Virus record (IMG/VR): IMGVR_UViG_3300036715_004471
Location: 1 to 64,000 of that record
Length of the DNA: 64,000 nt
Reading direction: 5' to 3' (one strand)
Positions 48,829-57,960 of the stretch are shown here, piece by piece. The position numbers and the translations under genes were made by a program. The notes under the pieces were generated by a model. That model worked only from the letters and a program-made list of their open reading frames with translations, ran no database searches and was not told the DNA's origin. How positions within the stretch are numbered: position 1 is the stretch's first letter; each line of letters starts with the position of its first letter.

Positions 48829-49281
48829 TTACAAATTCCAGGAGAAACCCAAATCCCTACTGAAATGTCTTGCATTTGTGTGCCCTATTTCCAGGGTACA
48901 AGTAAATGTCCGACTAGGGCTAAGGGATGCGCACTCAATGATATGAGGAGGGTTGTAGCCCCTCAACTTTTCCGCGAAAGGTAGGTCTTCCAATTGAGAG
49001 GCGTGGTCACCACCCACTCGTTGAATTAACTGCCCAAGTGTCAGATAAGGATACCTAAGCCACGCCTCTAACAGAGCTTTGATTACCGCTTCTTTTTGGG
49101 CGGGCTCAATAGCTTTGGTTTTAGGCGGTAGCTGTACAGGAACAATCCTTGGAGCCGGAGAAGCAACTACGCGAGTAGGCTTTTCATGTCCGACCTTACC
49201 AGGGTTCTTTGGTTTTTTGGTGATGGGCTTCTCCTGCCCAGGCTTACCGGACAAAGAACCAACACGGTCTTTTTTACCCAC
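48829..49281 (-). CDS. hypothetical protein
   Basis: W.RYPYLTLGQL motif; AGGAG RBS. Confidence 0.6.
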   Translation of the reverse strand: MGKKDRVGSLSGKPGQEKPITKKPKNPGKVGHEKPTRVVASPAPRIVPVQLPPKTKAIEPAQKEAVIKALLEAWLRYPYLTLGQLIQRVGGDHASQLEDLPFAEKLRGYNPPHIIECASLSPSRTFTCTLEIGHTNARHFSRDLGFSWNL

Positions 49282-49284
49282 GCC

Positions 49285-49479
49285 CTATCGCTCTCCTGTT
49301 GGAGTTGGTTCGCAACCACAACATGGCACAAAAAAACGACCACCAGACCACGTTTCATAGTCAGTGCAACTTGGGTGCACTTTATCTTTCAAAAGATAGA
49401 AGAACCCACAATCATCGAAATGATCATTGGTTCCACCACAAATTCCACATGGACTATCATTAGGTTTGGCGTATGCCAT
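49285..49479 (-). CDS. small Cys-rich protein
   Basis: CGICG..H..C; AAGGA RBS. Confidence 0.55.
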   Translation of the reverse strand: MAYAKPNDSPCGICGGTNDHFDDCGFFYLLKDKVHPSCTDYETWSGGRFFVPCCGCEPTPTGER

Positions 49480-49491
49480 TTAATTTTCCTT

Positions 49492-49592
49492 TGGAGTCGA
49501 GCCAGGGAATCGAACCCCGATTACCGCTTTCGGGCGGCGTACTAAGTCTTGTGTAGCGCGCGTAAGACTTTTTACCATTGTACTAACCCGAC
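49492..49592 (-). ncRNA. tRNA-like RNA with D-loop insertion
   Basis: GTCGGGT/GCTCGAC + T + CCA; GTAC/GTAC D stem with inserted AGTCTT..AAGACT hairpin; CGGGG-TTCGATT-CCCTG. Confidence 0.7.
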
Positions 49593-49600
49593 ATACTTAG

Positions 49601-49707
49601 GGCGTCCAACTAGATTTGAACTAGTACCTTACTATCACCTCAATGGTCGTCGAAGCAAACCATATCACCGATGACAGTACGTTCTAACTATTACTACTAC
49701 AGACGCC
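49601..49707 (-). ncRNA. tRNA-like RNA with extended anticodon arm
   Basis: GGCGTCTG/TGGACGCC; TACTGTCATC/GGTGATAGTA arm; ACTAG-TTCAAAT-CTAGT T arm. Confidence 0.65.
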
Positions 49708-49710
49708 AAA

Positions 49711-49788
49711 TGGTACGTTGGCAGATATCGAAACCTGCCCAGCTTTACAGTTGCGGCTGCGCGGCTGTCACCCTAATGGTACAACGTA
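49711..49788 (-). ncRNA. degenerate tRNA-like RNA
   Basis: TACGTTG/CAACGTA + CCA; GCAG..TTCGA..CTGC. Confidence 0.5.
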
Positions 49789-50040
49789 TTGTGTGTTGAA
49801 CGAACGACGATATACAACTTTCAGTTACGCCCTTCCGTTTCCACGATCAAACACTTAGCATTACCGATGGTCAAGTTGTCGATAGCTGGTTGCCCAGGAT
49901 CTCGGAATCCCACTAGCTGCTAAATGATTTGGGGTGGTCTTCATCGCACACCGATTTTTCTCTTCGTGAGAACGTAACTGTTACTGCTCAGTGCGTTAAC
50001 CGGCAAATGGTATTAGCATTGCCAATAATCGCAAAGACTT

Positions 50041-50715
50041 TTACCCGTTCAGCGGCTTGACCGGCTCTTGCTTCGGAGCGGGCTTAACAAGAGTCACGGG
50101 GGAATTCTTGTCGTTGACGACACAACCAAAGGCACGGAGGGCATCGTCAATCATGTCACGACCCTTGATCAAGCTCAATCCAGTATTCAAACGAATCTCG
50201 CGAATCGCCTGAACTCGATTGCCGGAAGCCAGCAACTTGAAAATCCCGATGATCCACTGCTCAGCAGAAACCTTGCTGTTGCCTTCGCCTGGGAAGAACA
50301 AAGGAGCCATCTTATAGGTCTCAATCGTCTGCTGATACAGAGCCTCCACCTCCGTCTCTTGCTCAGCAGTCAGCCTGATGGGATCATCCAGTCGAGAACG
50401 CAATGCGCGCGTCTCGAACTGAAGCTTTTGAATCTCTGCATCCTGCGACGCAATGTGAGCGTTCTTAGCGCCAAGCTCAGTCTTCGCCGCGAAGGCAGTA
50501 GCATTGGCGTCGCTTGCCTTTTTCTCGGCAGCCATGATCAAACGGTCAGCGGCAGCAATCTTTCTCTGGTTCTCGACATTTGTCTCGCGAAGACGAGCCG
50601 CCTCGTTGACATTGTACTCAGCCAACAGAGTGGCACGAGCTTCATTGTATCCGGCATTGGGATCTGCCAAGACCTTGCGAATGTCGTCGGGGCTACCTTC
50701 AAAAATGGCTTTCAT
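50041..50715 (-). CDS. coiled-coil protein with bL12 C-terminal-like domain
   Basis: GNRVQAIREIRLNTGLSLIKGRDMID. Confidence 0.6.
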   Translation of the reverse strand: MKAIFEGSPDDIRKVLADPNAGYNEARATLLAEYNVNEAARLRETNVENQRKIAAADRLIMAAEKKASDANATAFAAKTELGAKNAHIASQDAEIQKLQFETRALRSRLDDPIRLTAEQETEVEALYQQTIETYKMAPLFFPGEGNSKVSAEQWIIGIFKLLASGNRVQAIREIRLNTGLSLIKGRDMIDDALRAFGCVVNDKNSPVTLVKPAPKQEPVKPLNG

Positions 50716-50727
50716 CTTTTGTCTCTC

Positions 50728-51300
50728 TCAGAAAACGTTGAACACTACCAGTTTAACTGCCTCTTGAATAGAATCACGACGGTGAACTCTATTAAAAGAC
50801 AGAATAGCCCGCGGGTCGTGGTGGTCGCCGCCGAACTTATAAGCCAGAACAACTCCGACTGTTACGCCTCGTTGCCTCGCCTCTTCAATCTCTTCGGCAG
50901 GAAACTGCATTCCAGCTGAAGTGGAATAGTACAGATTTCCTTTTCCATCCTTCATAGCAACCACTGCCATGCAAAGATAAATTCGCTGAGAGGCAAACTT
51001 CTTTCCGATTACCGGAACCTTGGAAAGAATCTTCTTCCAAAGCGGATTCAGATCCGGAAGCGGAACCAATCCGCCTTCGATTCCGATCGCAATCGTTCCG
51101 GGAGACCAAACGTCTTCTGCGCGATTGGTGGCGCCCTGCATGGTCTCTTTCATTCCGAAAGGCTGATCACTGACTCCCGATTTGGCGGGGAGCCCGATCA
51201 CTTCATTGTGTCCGGCGACACAATGCTTGAAGATATAGTCGACAGGCTCGACCTTATCTTTGAGTGTGGATCCAACTTTGATGATCAAGGTGTCACTCAT
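50728..51300 (-). CDS. yjjX: inosine/xanthosine triphosphatase (YjjX/DUF84 family)
   Basis: VGST..K, SGVSDQP, ET.QGA.NRA, IGIEGG. Confidence 0.85.
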   Translation of the reverse strand: MSDTLIIKVGSTLKDKVEPVDYIFKHCVAGHNEVIGLPAKSGVSDQPFGMKETMQGATNRAEDVWSPGTIAIGIEGGLVPLPDLNPLWKKILSKVPVIGKKFASQRIYLCMAVVAMKDGKGNLYYSTSAGMQFPAEEIEEARQRGVTVGVVLAYKFGGDHHDPRAILSFNRVHRRDSIQEAVKLVVFNVF

Positions 51301-51569
51301 GAGTCTTCCTTCAAGAATTCTTTTACCAAGAGAGGGATTTGTTTTCTCTTTGGATCTTCTTTCCCACCTGGTATCGATGTGAGAACTTGACAATAGAGCG
51401 CCCATTCTGAGGAGCCCACGGGATGATCCATTTTTAATTGGAGATGCTGTCCCGCCAATTCAATGGCGAGCCATGTTGCTATTCGAGCGCATTCAAGGAT
51501 ATTGCCTCTGTAAAGCTCAATCCATTCTAGGGCGCCCAAGGCGCAACATTTGTTTTGTTGTGGGATCAT
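51297..51569 (-). CDS. hypothetical protein
   Basis: 90 aa ORF. Confidence 0.45.
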   Translation of the reverse strand: MIPQQNKCCALGALEWIELYRGNILECARIATWLAIELAGQHLQLKMDHPVGSSEWALYCQVLTSIPGGKEDPKRKQIPLLVKEFLKEDS

Positions 51570-51571
51570 GT

Positions 51572-51970
51572 TTATCTAGAGAATTCAGTCTTCTCTTTTT
51601 CCGGATTGATGGTCCCATAAAGCTGGGAGGATCTTACGACTTCGTAGCCCTGCTTCTCTGCCCAAGGTTTCAAATCCTCCTGGATGATCACTTTGGCAAA
51701 AACACGCTGGCTATCCTTTTCCAAAATCGCAATGTATCTGCGCCAGTATGGTTGGGGCGTGTAAGAATACGATCCAGAATGGTAGTTACCGCCCTGGTAG
51801 TGTCTCGCCATCCCAGCCCATGCCGCCATGTGCTCTTTACTACCGCCAAAAGGGGGATGGGTAGAAGGTACAGGTGTACTGTATGCTTCACTTGCAGCTC
51901 GGGGATTACCCGGAGGTAGAAGAGCAATCGGCTTTCTATCATCTGTCGGCATGATATGTCTCGTTCTCAT
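51572..51970 (-). CDS. hypothetical protein
   Basis: 132 aa ORF. Confidence 0.6.
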   Translation of the reverse strand: MRTRHIMPTDDRKPIALLPPGNPRAASEAYSTPVPSTHPPFGGSKEHMAAWAGMARHYQGGNYHSGSYSYTPQPYWRRYIAILEKDSQRVFAKVIIQEDLKPWAEKQGYEVVRSSQLYGTINPEKEKTEFSR

Positions 51971-52137
51971 TTACCCGAAAGGGCGTCATTGACTGATTCG
52001 GCGCGCTTGATGACCGAACGAACTCTCTCTAGTTCTTTTGTGGATTCTCCATCCGATAGAAGGAAAATTTCCAGATCAGCGAGCATGATGATCAGCTCAT
52101 CGTATGTTTCATCGGTCATCAAGATACGCTTCATTGT

Positions 52138-52815
52138 TTACCACCTATCCAGTTTAGGCTCGTCAGATTGAGCCGCCAAGCCTGGCAAATCAACCGCGTA
52201 ACCACTTTTGGCATGTTTGATTGCTTTCCTTTCCAAGAGAGATTTGATCTCTTCTTTGGAGGCGGAAAGTTTAACCAAAGCAATTGCCTGCTCACTTCCA
52301 TGAAGTCTACCACAGACAAACATGAGTTCTCTGTCTCGATCACTCAATTCAATCTGTCGAATCTTGGGAAGCATCTCATCTTCACGAAAGAAAATCTCTC
52401 CCGTGATTTGGTTATTGTTTCGGTCAACGTAACACTTGGTTACAGCATTCCCCTTCTCAATGGGGCGATCGATTTTGTCTGTGTTGACCACACCAGTACG
52501 AGTAACTAGGTCACCATTGTAAGTGCCCCAATTGATCAGGTAGTTTACCGTTAGCTTATCTTTGCAGTATTGCAAACGGTTTGCAATCCGTGGATTGATG
52601 TCTCCTTGCTGTAGGATCAGAGAAGTTTCCAACACAAACCCGACTTTATCAACCACCCCCCGCATGTAATAGTTGAAAGAGTTTGCCGACGAAACAGTAA
52701 GAGAATTGGGCAATCGCCATTTTCTTCTCTTACAAATCTCGTAATCCAAAGCCATTGAGATGGCTTTGGGTAGACGAGAAACAGGATATTTCATATGACC
52801 TCCAGATGTTACCAC
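52138..52815 (-). CDS. hypothetical protein
   Basis: C-terminus resembles that of 52809..53618 (DRDR.....G.L...L...GYA). Confidence 0.65.
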   Translation of the reverse strand: MVTSGGHMKYPVSRLPKAISMALDYEICKRRKWRLPNSLTVSSANSFNYYMRGVVDKVGFVLETSLILQQGDINPRIANRLQYCKDKLTVNYLINWGTYNGDLVTRTGVVNTDKIDRPIEKGNAVTKCYVDRNNNQITGEIFFREDEMLPKIRQIELSDRDRELMFVCGRLHGSEQAIALVKLSASKEEIKSLLERKAIKHAKSGYAVDLPGLAAQSDEPKLDRW

Positions 52816-53618
52816 TGATCGACTGCGGCAACCTTTTCACCTCGCAAGGGTCGTGGCAAACGATTCGCTTCACTCAACATAGTGATGGCGTATCCACCAC
52901 CAACTTTCTTGAGTAAACCACGGGCTGCGAGCGATTCGCTTTCGGCTTTAGTCACGCCCAGATTGTCGAGTGCCTGCCGGCGAAGTCCACCTTCTTTGAG
53001 AGAGCCGTAGCAGAAAAGAATCTTACGATCTCGATCATCCATCTTCACTTCTGGAAGAGGCTTGAGCACCTGAGCTGGATGAAAGACTACCTCGGTCTCC
53101 GGGTGAAGAACATTCACCATACCAATCGCAGGACCAGCATCTCTTTGCATGAAGTACCCGCGCACCAGAGCAGTACCATTCTCAAGGTTTCTTTTGGTTT
53201 TGTCACGGTCAACATCACGGGGAGCATAGCCTCGACCCTCGAACTCTCCAACATGCAACTCAGATTGCTTGTTGGAAAGGTTGACCCTCAACAAGAAAGC
53301 GGTGCATCCAGACTTCGGTGCAATGAAGTAAGTCCACAGCTTGTCACCGCGAATCTTGATAGAGAACGGGAGTTCAACGATGTATCCGCCCTTCAAGAGG
53401 GTCTGATGAATGGAGTCGCGAACAGGGATCGGGAGATATCTGAGGGGGTACTGGCTCATAGTTTTTCTCTTGGGGAAAGAAAGAGCTTTCACAAATCTGG
53501 ATACCTTTTTCCAAACTTGAACGAACCTAATGCGCATCAACAACCACAATGAGGGCATCGACCTGAATCGATCCAAAATCGTCGATAGCAGTTGCAGCAT
53601 AGGAAAAAATAGGACCAT
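52809..53618 (-). CDS. hypothetical protein (start possibly 53459)
   Basis: C-terminal wHTH-like LAARGLLKK..YAIT. Confidence 0.65.
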   Translation of the reverse strand: MVLFFPMLQLLSTILDRFRSMPSLWLLMRIRFVQVWKKVSRFVKALSFPKRKTMSQYPLRYLPIPVRDSIHQTLLKGGYIVELPFSIKIRGDKLWTYFIAPKSGCTAFLLRVNLSNKQSELHVGEFEGRGYAPRDVDRDKTKRNLENGTALVRGYFMQRDAGPAIGMVNVLHPETEVVFHPAQVLKPLPEVKMDDRDRKILFCYGSLKEGGLRRQALDNLGVTKAESESLAARGLLKKVGGGYAITMLSEANRLPRPLRGEKVAAVDQW

Positions 53619-53828
53619 TGCTGGTTCTTCAAGAAGTTGAAACGAATCCTACGAATCTTCATCTTGAATCCTCGCAAGGAGCTGTTGGTGTGATGGGTAT
53701 ACCTCTAGGGACAAGGGGAGCTGATGATGCTCCCCTTGTCCCTATTGGCGCCGCTTTGATTCCTTTACCAAGGATCAGGATGATCCTCGCGTCTCCCTGT
53801 TGTTTTTCCAGCCATCCGCCCGGGAAAA

Positions 53829-53994
53829 GGGTCGGAGTGGGACTCGAACCCACACGGTTAAGGAATTAGGCGGCTCTCGGCACAAGTCGTCCGGAGCGAC
53901 AGCACCGGATTTCAGTAGTCATTATAGAAAGGATTCGAGGGTTGGTACACCCGAATTCACCTAACTATTCCTCTGTGAGGATTTGATTCAACCC
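53829..53994 (-). ncRNA. tRNA-like RNA with ~100-nt multi-hairpin insert
   Basis: GGGTTGAA/TCCGACCC; AGGAA..TTAGG/CCTAA-TTCCT helix; GTGGG-TTCGAGT-CCCAC T arm. Confidence 0.65.
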
Positions 53995-54010
53995 GTGCCA
54001 ATAGTTTTGT

Positions 54011-54304
54011 TTAACTGCGATCTTTTTCCTTGAGGTCGTCACCATTCAAATAACCTTTTGTCAGGTCAATCGAAATCAACGCCTCAGCAAAGAATACTCC
54101 ATCAACCATGATGGGCAGGGTAATGACCGGAGGTGCCTTCCACCGCACATGATCTCGATAAACCCCGAACACTTCAAGACCAGCGGCAAGCTTAGCAATC
54201 ACATTGATCGCCTCAGCACGATCCAGAACTACCACTACCCTAGCAGGTTCGCCACGATGTCGAGTATCAGATGCTTTGACTTCGGAAATGTATTCGGCTT
54301 GCAC
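54011..54304 (-). CDS. hypothetical protein
   Basis: 97 aa ORF. Confidence 0.55.
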   Translation of the reverse strand: MQAEYISEVKASDTRHRGEPARVVVVLDRAEAINVIAKLAAGLEVFGVYRDHVRWKAPPVITLPIMVDGVFFAEALISIDLTKGYLNGDDLKEKDRS

Positions 54305-54307
54305 GAT

Positions 54308-54511
54308 CTACTCTTTCGGTCTGGGTCCAAAGCCAGCAAAACGTCCGCATTCATTACAACGAACATAAAGCCCGTCGTCCAATTTTTCTTTGTTATCGAA
54401 GTGCCCAAGACTAGGATTGAATACTTTATCTCCACGAACAACACATGCATGGTTGATCCACACATTGGTCATTTTAGCGTCACAGACGTGATAGATAAGA
54501 AAATCAGCCAT
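54308..54511 (-). CDS. hypothetical protein
   Basis: Likely start MADFLI; CNECG. Confidence 0.55.
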   Translation of the reverse strand: MADFLIYHVCDAKMTNVWINHACVVRGDKVFNPSLGHFDNKEKLDDGLYVRCNECGRFAGFGPRPKE

Positions 54512-54528
54512 GGTTCTTTCGATTGTTT

Positions 54529-54604
54529 TGGTTGCGCGGGCAGGGATCGAACCTGCCATCCATTAGTGTGATGAGCATCCTGTTAGACCACCAGGTCTCG
54601 CGCG
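54529..54604 (-). tRNA. degenerate initiator-like tRNA (CAU)
   Basis: 76 nt, C1:A72 mismatch, CTCATCA loop with poor stem, GCAGG-TTCGATC-CCTGC, ACCA. Confidence 0.55.
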
Positions 54605-54649
54605 ATGTTTGAGTTGGTTTGCGCCGCAGTACACCATCACGCTCAAGTG

Positions 54650-54739
54650 AGCGCCTGCGGGAGTCGAACCCGTCCCTCCAACTCGAAGAACTTTGAAGTG
54701 AGAGCCACAGTGTGCTATTACGCCAAAAACTACAGACTC
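54650..54739 (-). ncRNA. degenerate tRNA-like RNA
   Basis: GAGTCTG/CAGGCGC; CGGG-TTCGACT-CCCG; no normal anticodon loop. Confidence 0.5.
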
Positions 54740-54874
54740 CCAACTAGGTAATTCCTATAGGGTCGCACCCTTCACCACGATGGACGAAGGAACCTATAAG
54801 AACCTAAACCGATCTGCCCGCTATTGCAATGTCTCGGAACGATGGGTCCGGACAAAGCGCACCACACCTTTTCT

Positions 54875-55009
54875 TGGTTAAGAGAACCGGAGTTGCACCG
54901 GAAGGGATTGCTCCCCGCAGTTCACCGACTTTTCCCTACACCAATATCAGATGTGGACCTGACAGTCCTAGCTCGGTCATTACTCATTATAGGATGGATT
55001 ACTCCCCCA
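54875..55009 (-). ncRNA. tRNA-like RNA (135 nt) with CCA end
   Basis: TGGGGGA/TCTCTTA + A + CCA; CCGG-TGCAACT-CCGG; GGGA-GCAA-TCCC extra arm. Confidence 0.5.
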
Positions 55010-55085
55010 ACCTCCTGAGTCACTTCACTTCAAAAAATTAAGATCATCCATTTACATCCCGATGACCGGGACAGGATTTATCTTC

Positions 55086-56105
55086 TTAAATTCCGTTGGG
55101 CGTATAAGAGAAGATGATGTCTCTCTTACCGTTCGGGTTAACGAAGGCGCAAACCAAACGTTTGAAGTCTTCCTCATTACCCATGTCGACAATCTTGCCG
55201 TCACAGATGAGCTTCCAGACATTAACCTCACGCAGAACATCCATCTTCGACACAACCAAGTGAGTTACGTCGTTCACATCACAAGCACGAGCCAGCGACG
55301 TGAGATCCAGATAATTGCACTGTCTCGGTCTACCAGTAGTAGCACCGAACTCTCCACCCACCTTGCGCAGAAGAGGAAGAATCTCATCACCCTCCGTCTC
55401 GAACTTTTTGGCACCAACATAAGTATCGTATGCCTTGCAGGCACCATACACCATGTCGATGGCAGTGTGGGGAACACCATTGATGATGGCTCCGCCAACA
55501 CCACAGTGAGAGCTGGTAACGTATGGATAGTCACCGAAGATGGGATCCAGATAATGCCCTTGAGCACCTTCCAGAATTAGGTTAGTCTCACCCTTGGACT
55601 CATCGAAAATCTCATCGACGAAATCAATCAGGTAGCCAGCCAGTCTCGGCTCATGCTCAGCACGAATGCCGGTACGATTGTACTTGTCACGATACGCCGG
55701 ACCAATACCACGCTTGGTAGTACCAATCTTCGTATCGGTAGCATCTTCCATGAGATGCGCATCAGTCACGATGTGAGCATTGCGTGCAATCTTGACCAGG
55801 GAAGTATCCACTCCCAGAGCAGCCAAATCAGCAAGCTCGCTGAAGAACTGGTCGGGATTCACCACACAACCAGGACCAACAATCGACTTTACACCGAACA
55901 AGACTCCAGAAGGAATGAGATGGGTCACAACCTTCTGACCATTGTGGTAGATGGTATGACCAGCATTGGCGCCGCCATTGAACCTCACCGCATGGGTGTA
56001 CTGCACTTCATTGGGAGCTTTTGCAGCCTCCCCCAAGAGGTGATGGGAAATCTTCCCCTTGGCGCAATCGCCGTATCTCACGTCAATGACGATATCTGCT
56101 CTCAT
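55086..56105 (-). CDS. purA: adenylosuccinate synthetase (short form)
   Basis: YGDCAKGK, GGANAGHT, GTTKRGIGPAY, EGAQG, YPYVTSS, TTGRPR, SKMD. Confidence 0.92.
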   Translation of the reverse strand: MRADIVIDVRYGDCAKGKISHHLLGEAAKAPNEVQYTHAVRFNGGANAGHTIYHNGQKVVTHLIPSGVLFGVKSIVGPGCVVNPDQFFSELADLAALGVDTSLVKIARNAHIVTDAHLMEDATDTKIGTTKRGIGPAYRDKYNRTGIRAEHEPRLAGYLIDFVDEIFDESKGETNLILEGAQGHYLDPIFGDYPYVTSSHCGVGGAIINGVPHTAIDMVYGACKAYDTYVGAKKFETEGDEILPLLRKVGGEFGATTGRPRQCNYLDLTSLARACDVNDVTHLVVSKMDVLREVNVWKLICDGKIVDMGNEEDFKRLVCAFVNPNGKRDIIFSYTPNGI

Positions 56106-56356
56106 TAAAGCGCTCCCAATTTGTTTCCAACAGAAAGACGCAACTCATATGCGTGTTCCGTTTCATTCTCTTCAATCAGAGTCAAAACCGATTTTTCACC
56201 ATCAACACAGGCGACAGCGAATTTTGTTCCGACAGGAAACTCTCCAACTTGAACCTTCAGTTCAACCTTATAAAACTGAAGTGCCATGGGACCATTTTCA
56301 TCCCAACCATCCCACAAGAAAAGCTGATCTTCCAATCCAGTATGATTTGATTCCAT
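56105..56356 (-). CDS. hypothetical protein
   Basis: GGAGG RBS, 83 aa. Confidence 0.65.
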   Translation of the reverse strand: MESNHTGLEDQLFLWDGWDENGPMALQFYKVELKVQVGEFPVGTKFAVACVDGEKSVLTLIEENETEHAYELRLSVGNKLGAL

Positions 56357-56425
56357 TTTATTCTACCTCCGGGAACTTAGTGCAATTTTCAAAAACAATT
56401 TCTATCAATAAACATAGATACCATT

Positions 56426-57145
56426 ATGATTCCAATGTTTACTGAAGAACAGTTGATGAATGCAAAGTCTTCTGACAAAATGCCATTTACTTGTGAGATA
56501 TGCAGCCAAACCTTTTATGCTTTGAAGAAGCATGTGCTCCGAGCACGAAAGGCGACTCCAAAAAAGAAACTTTCTTTTTGTACTCAACAGTGCGCCGGAT
56601 TGGCTAAGCGTTATGGTCCAAATCCACTCAATCACAGAGTACAAACGACTTGCGGGCAATGCTCTAAACCTATCGAGGTTAGAGCCTGTCACAAACGCAA
56701 ATCTAAAAGTGGTTTGAATTTTTGTTCTATGTCTTGTGCTGGTTGCTATAACCAAACACACAAAACAACTAGTACACGTCGTTCAAAACTAGAAATTTGG
56801 TTGGAGAACAAGTTGATTGCTCAATATCCAACCATTGAATTTGTTTTCAACGGAAAAGAAACTATCAATTCCGAATTGGATATCTACATTCCGGAGTTCA
56901 AACTAGCGTTTGAACTCAACGGAATTTTCCACTATGAACCTATTTATGGTCCAGAGAAACTGATTTCTATTCAGAATAACGATCATAGGAAGTTCCAAGC
57001 CTGTTACGAAGCAGGAATATCACTAGCTATTATTGATGTCTCTTCTATGAAGAACTTCAAGGAGAAACAAGCCCAACAATACTTGGATATTATCATTGGG
57101 CTCATTTCAGAAAAGTGCTCCGGCGGGTGCCTACCCCGCGTATAG
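56426..57145 (+). CDS. putative homing endonuclease, PD-(D/E)xK type with Zn-binding repeats
   Basis: CxxC..FCxxxC repeats; ELDIYIPEFKLAFELNGIFHY. Confidence 0.8.
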   Translation: MIPMFTEEQLMNAKSSDKMPFTCEICSQTFYALKKHVLRARKATPKKKLSFCTQQCAGLAKRYGPNPLNHRVQTTCGQCSKPIEVRACHKRKSKSGLNFCSMSCAGCYNQTHKTTSTRRSKLEIWLENKLIAQYPTIEFVFNGKETINSELDIYIPEFKLAFELNGIFHYEPIYGPEKLISIQNNDHRKFQACYEAGISLAIIDVSSMKNFKEKQAQQYLDIIIGLISEKCSGGCLPRV

Positions 57146-57303
57146 TTCCCTGGAAATACCAGACGCGCTAGTCCTATTCTCCGACCCTTCCACCCATTCA
57201 GCTAAACGGATCTTTTGGAGGGATCCGCCATAGCTTACATAAGGACTAAACTTAACACGTGCGTCAGTAAAACCAGAGCGGTCACCGCTCGGCGAACGGA
57301 GCA
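57116..57303 (-). ncRNA. cloverleaf-like RNA (188 nt)
   Basis: TGCTCCG/CGGAGCA; GAGCG..CGCTC arm; GACGC..TAGTCCT/AGGACTA..GCGTC long arm; GCGGG-GTAGGCA-CCCGC. Confidence 0.6.
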
Positions 57304-57590
57304 TTCTTGGTATTCGAATAACAGAGATTATCGATGGTCTCATCATTGTCCAGTCACTATAACTGACACCCACGGTGGTGCCCTCTTAGTGACTCACTCT
57401 CAACAACGTGTCTCGCATCTTACTCTGAAATCGAATTGGTCCCTTACGAGTTAACCAAACTTCCCTCACCCGTATCGACGGTTACAGGAAGTCCACAGTC
57501 ACAGATCTGCTGTGACGCCGTAAATGGGCGAACCGGGCTGCAATCCGGTCCATCACATAGGGTCCTCATTCCCTACGCTAGCCCAAGCCT

Positions 57591-57929
57591 TTACTTGCTC
57601 GCTTTATTGCCCTTGCGAGCAAACTGCTTCTCGCTGTCATCACGAACACGAGCCGAGGTATCCAAAGGTCCAACACCTCGCGATGCCTTCTCCTTGGTCG
57701 TCTGAACCTTGGGCTGACTCTCCTTGATCAGAAGAGCCTCCAGCCTGACGAGCTGTTTGGCTGCGGCACCATTGCCGGGGACAGCGATGAACGCCTGAAC
57801 ACGAGCCAGCTTCTCAGCAGTGGACAGCTTGCTGTAACCACTCTCCTGAGCAACCTGCTCGGCACGTTCACGACGCTCGGAACGAATCTGCTGGGTACAC
57901 GGGTACCCCTTACCACCATGATGAGACAT
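57591..57929 (-). CDS. basic hypothetical protein
   Basis: 112 aa, AAGGA RBS. Confidence 0.65.
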   Translation of the reverse strand: MSHHGGKGYPCTQQIRSERRERAEQVAQESGYSKLSTAEKLARVQAFIAVPGNGAAAKQLVRLEALLIKESQPKVQTTKEKASRGVGPLDTSARVRDDSEKQFARKGNKASK

Positions 57930-57960
57930 GTTGTTTGTTATTCCTTTGTGTTTGTTTGGT

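Noticed and set aside
53829-53994. tmRNA
   Set aside because: About half the normal length, no Ala G3.U70 pair, no CCA and no tag ORF seen.
55086-56105. PurZ (2-aminoadenine DNA pathway)
   Set aside because: The catalytic Asp of PurA (GD in GDCAKGK) and the KxD GTP motif are retained; PurZ has Ser at that position. No DatZ/MazZ-like neighbours were recognised.
57131-57727. ORFs 57131..57373, 57215..57454, 57436..57705 and 57524..57727
   Set aside because: No clear RBS or protein-like features; they overlap a structured non-coding region or a real gene.
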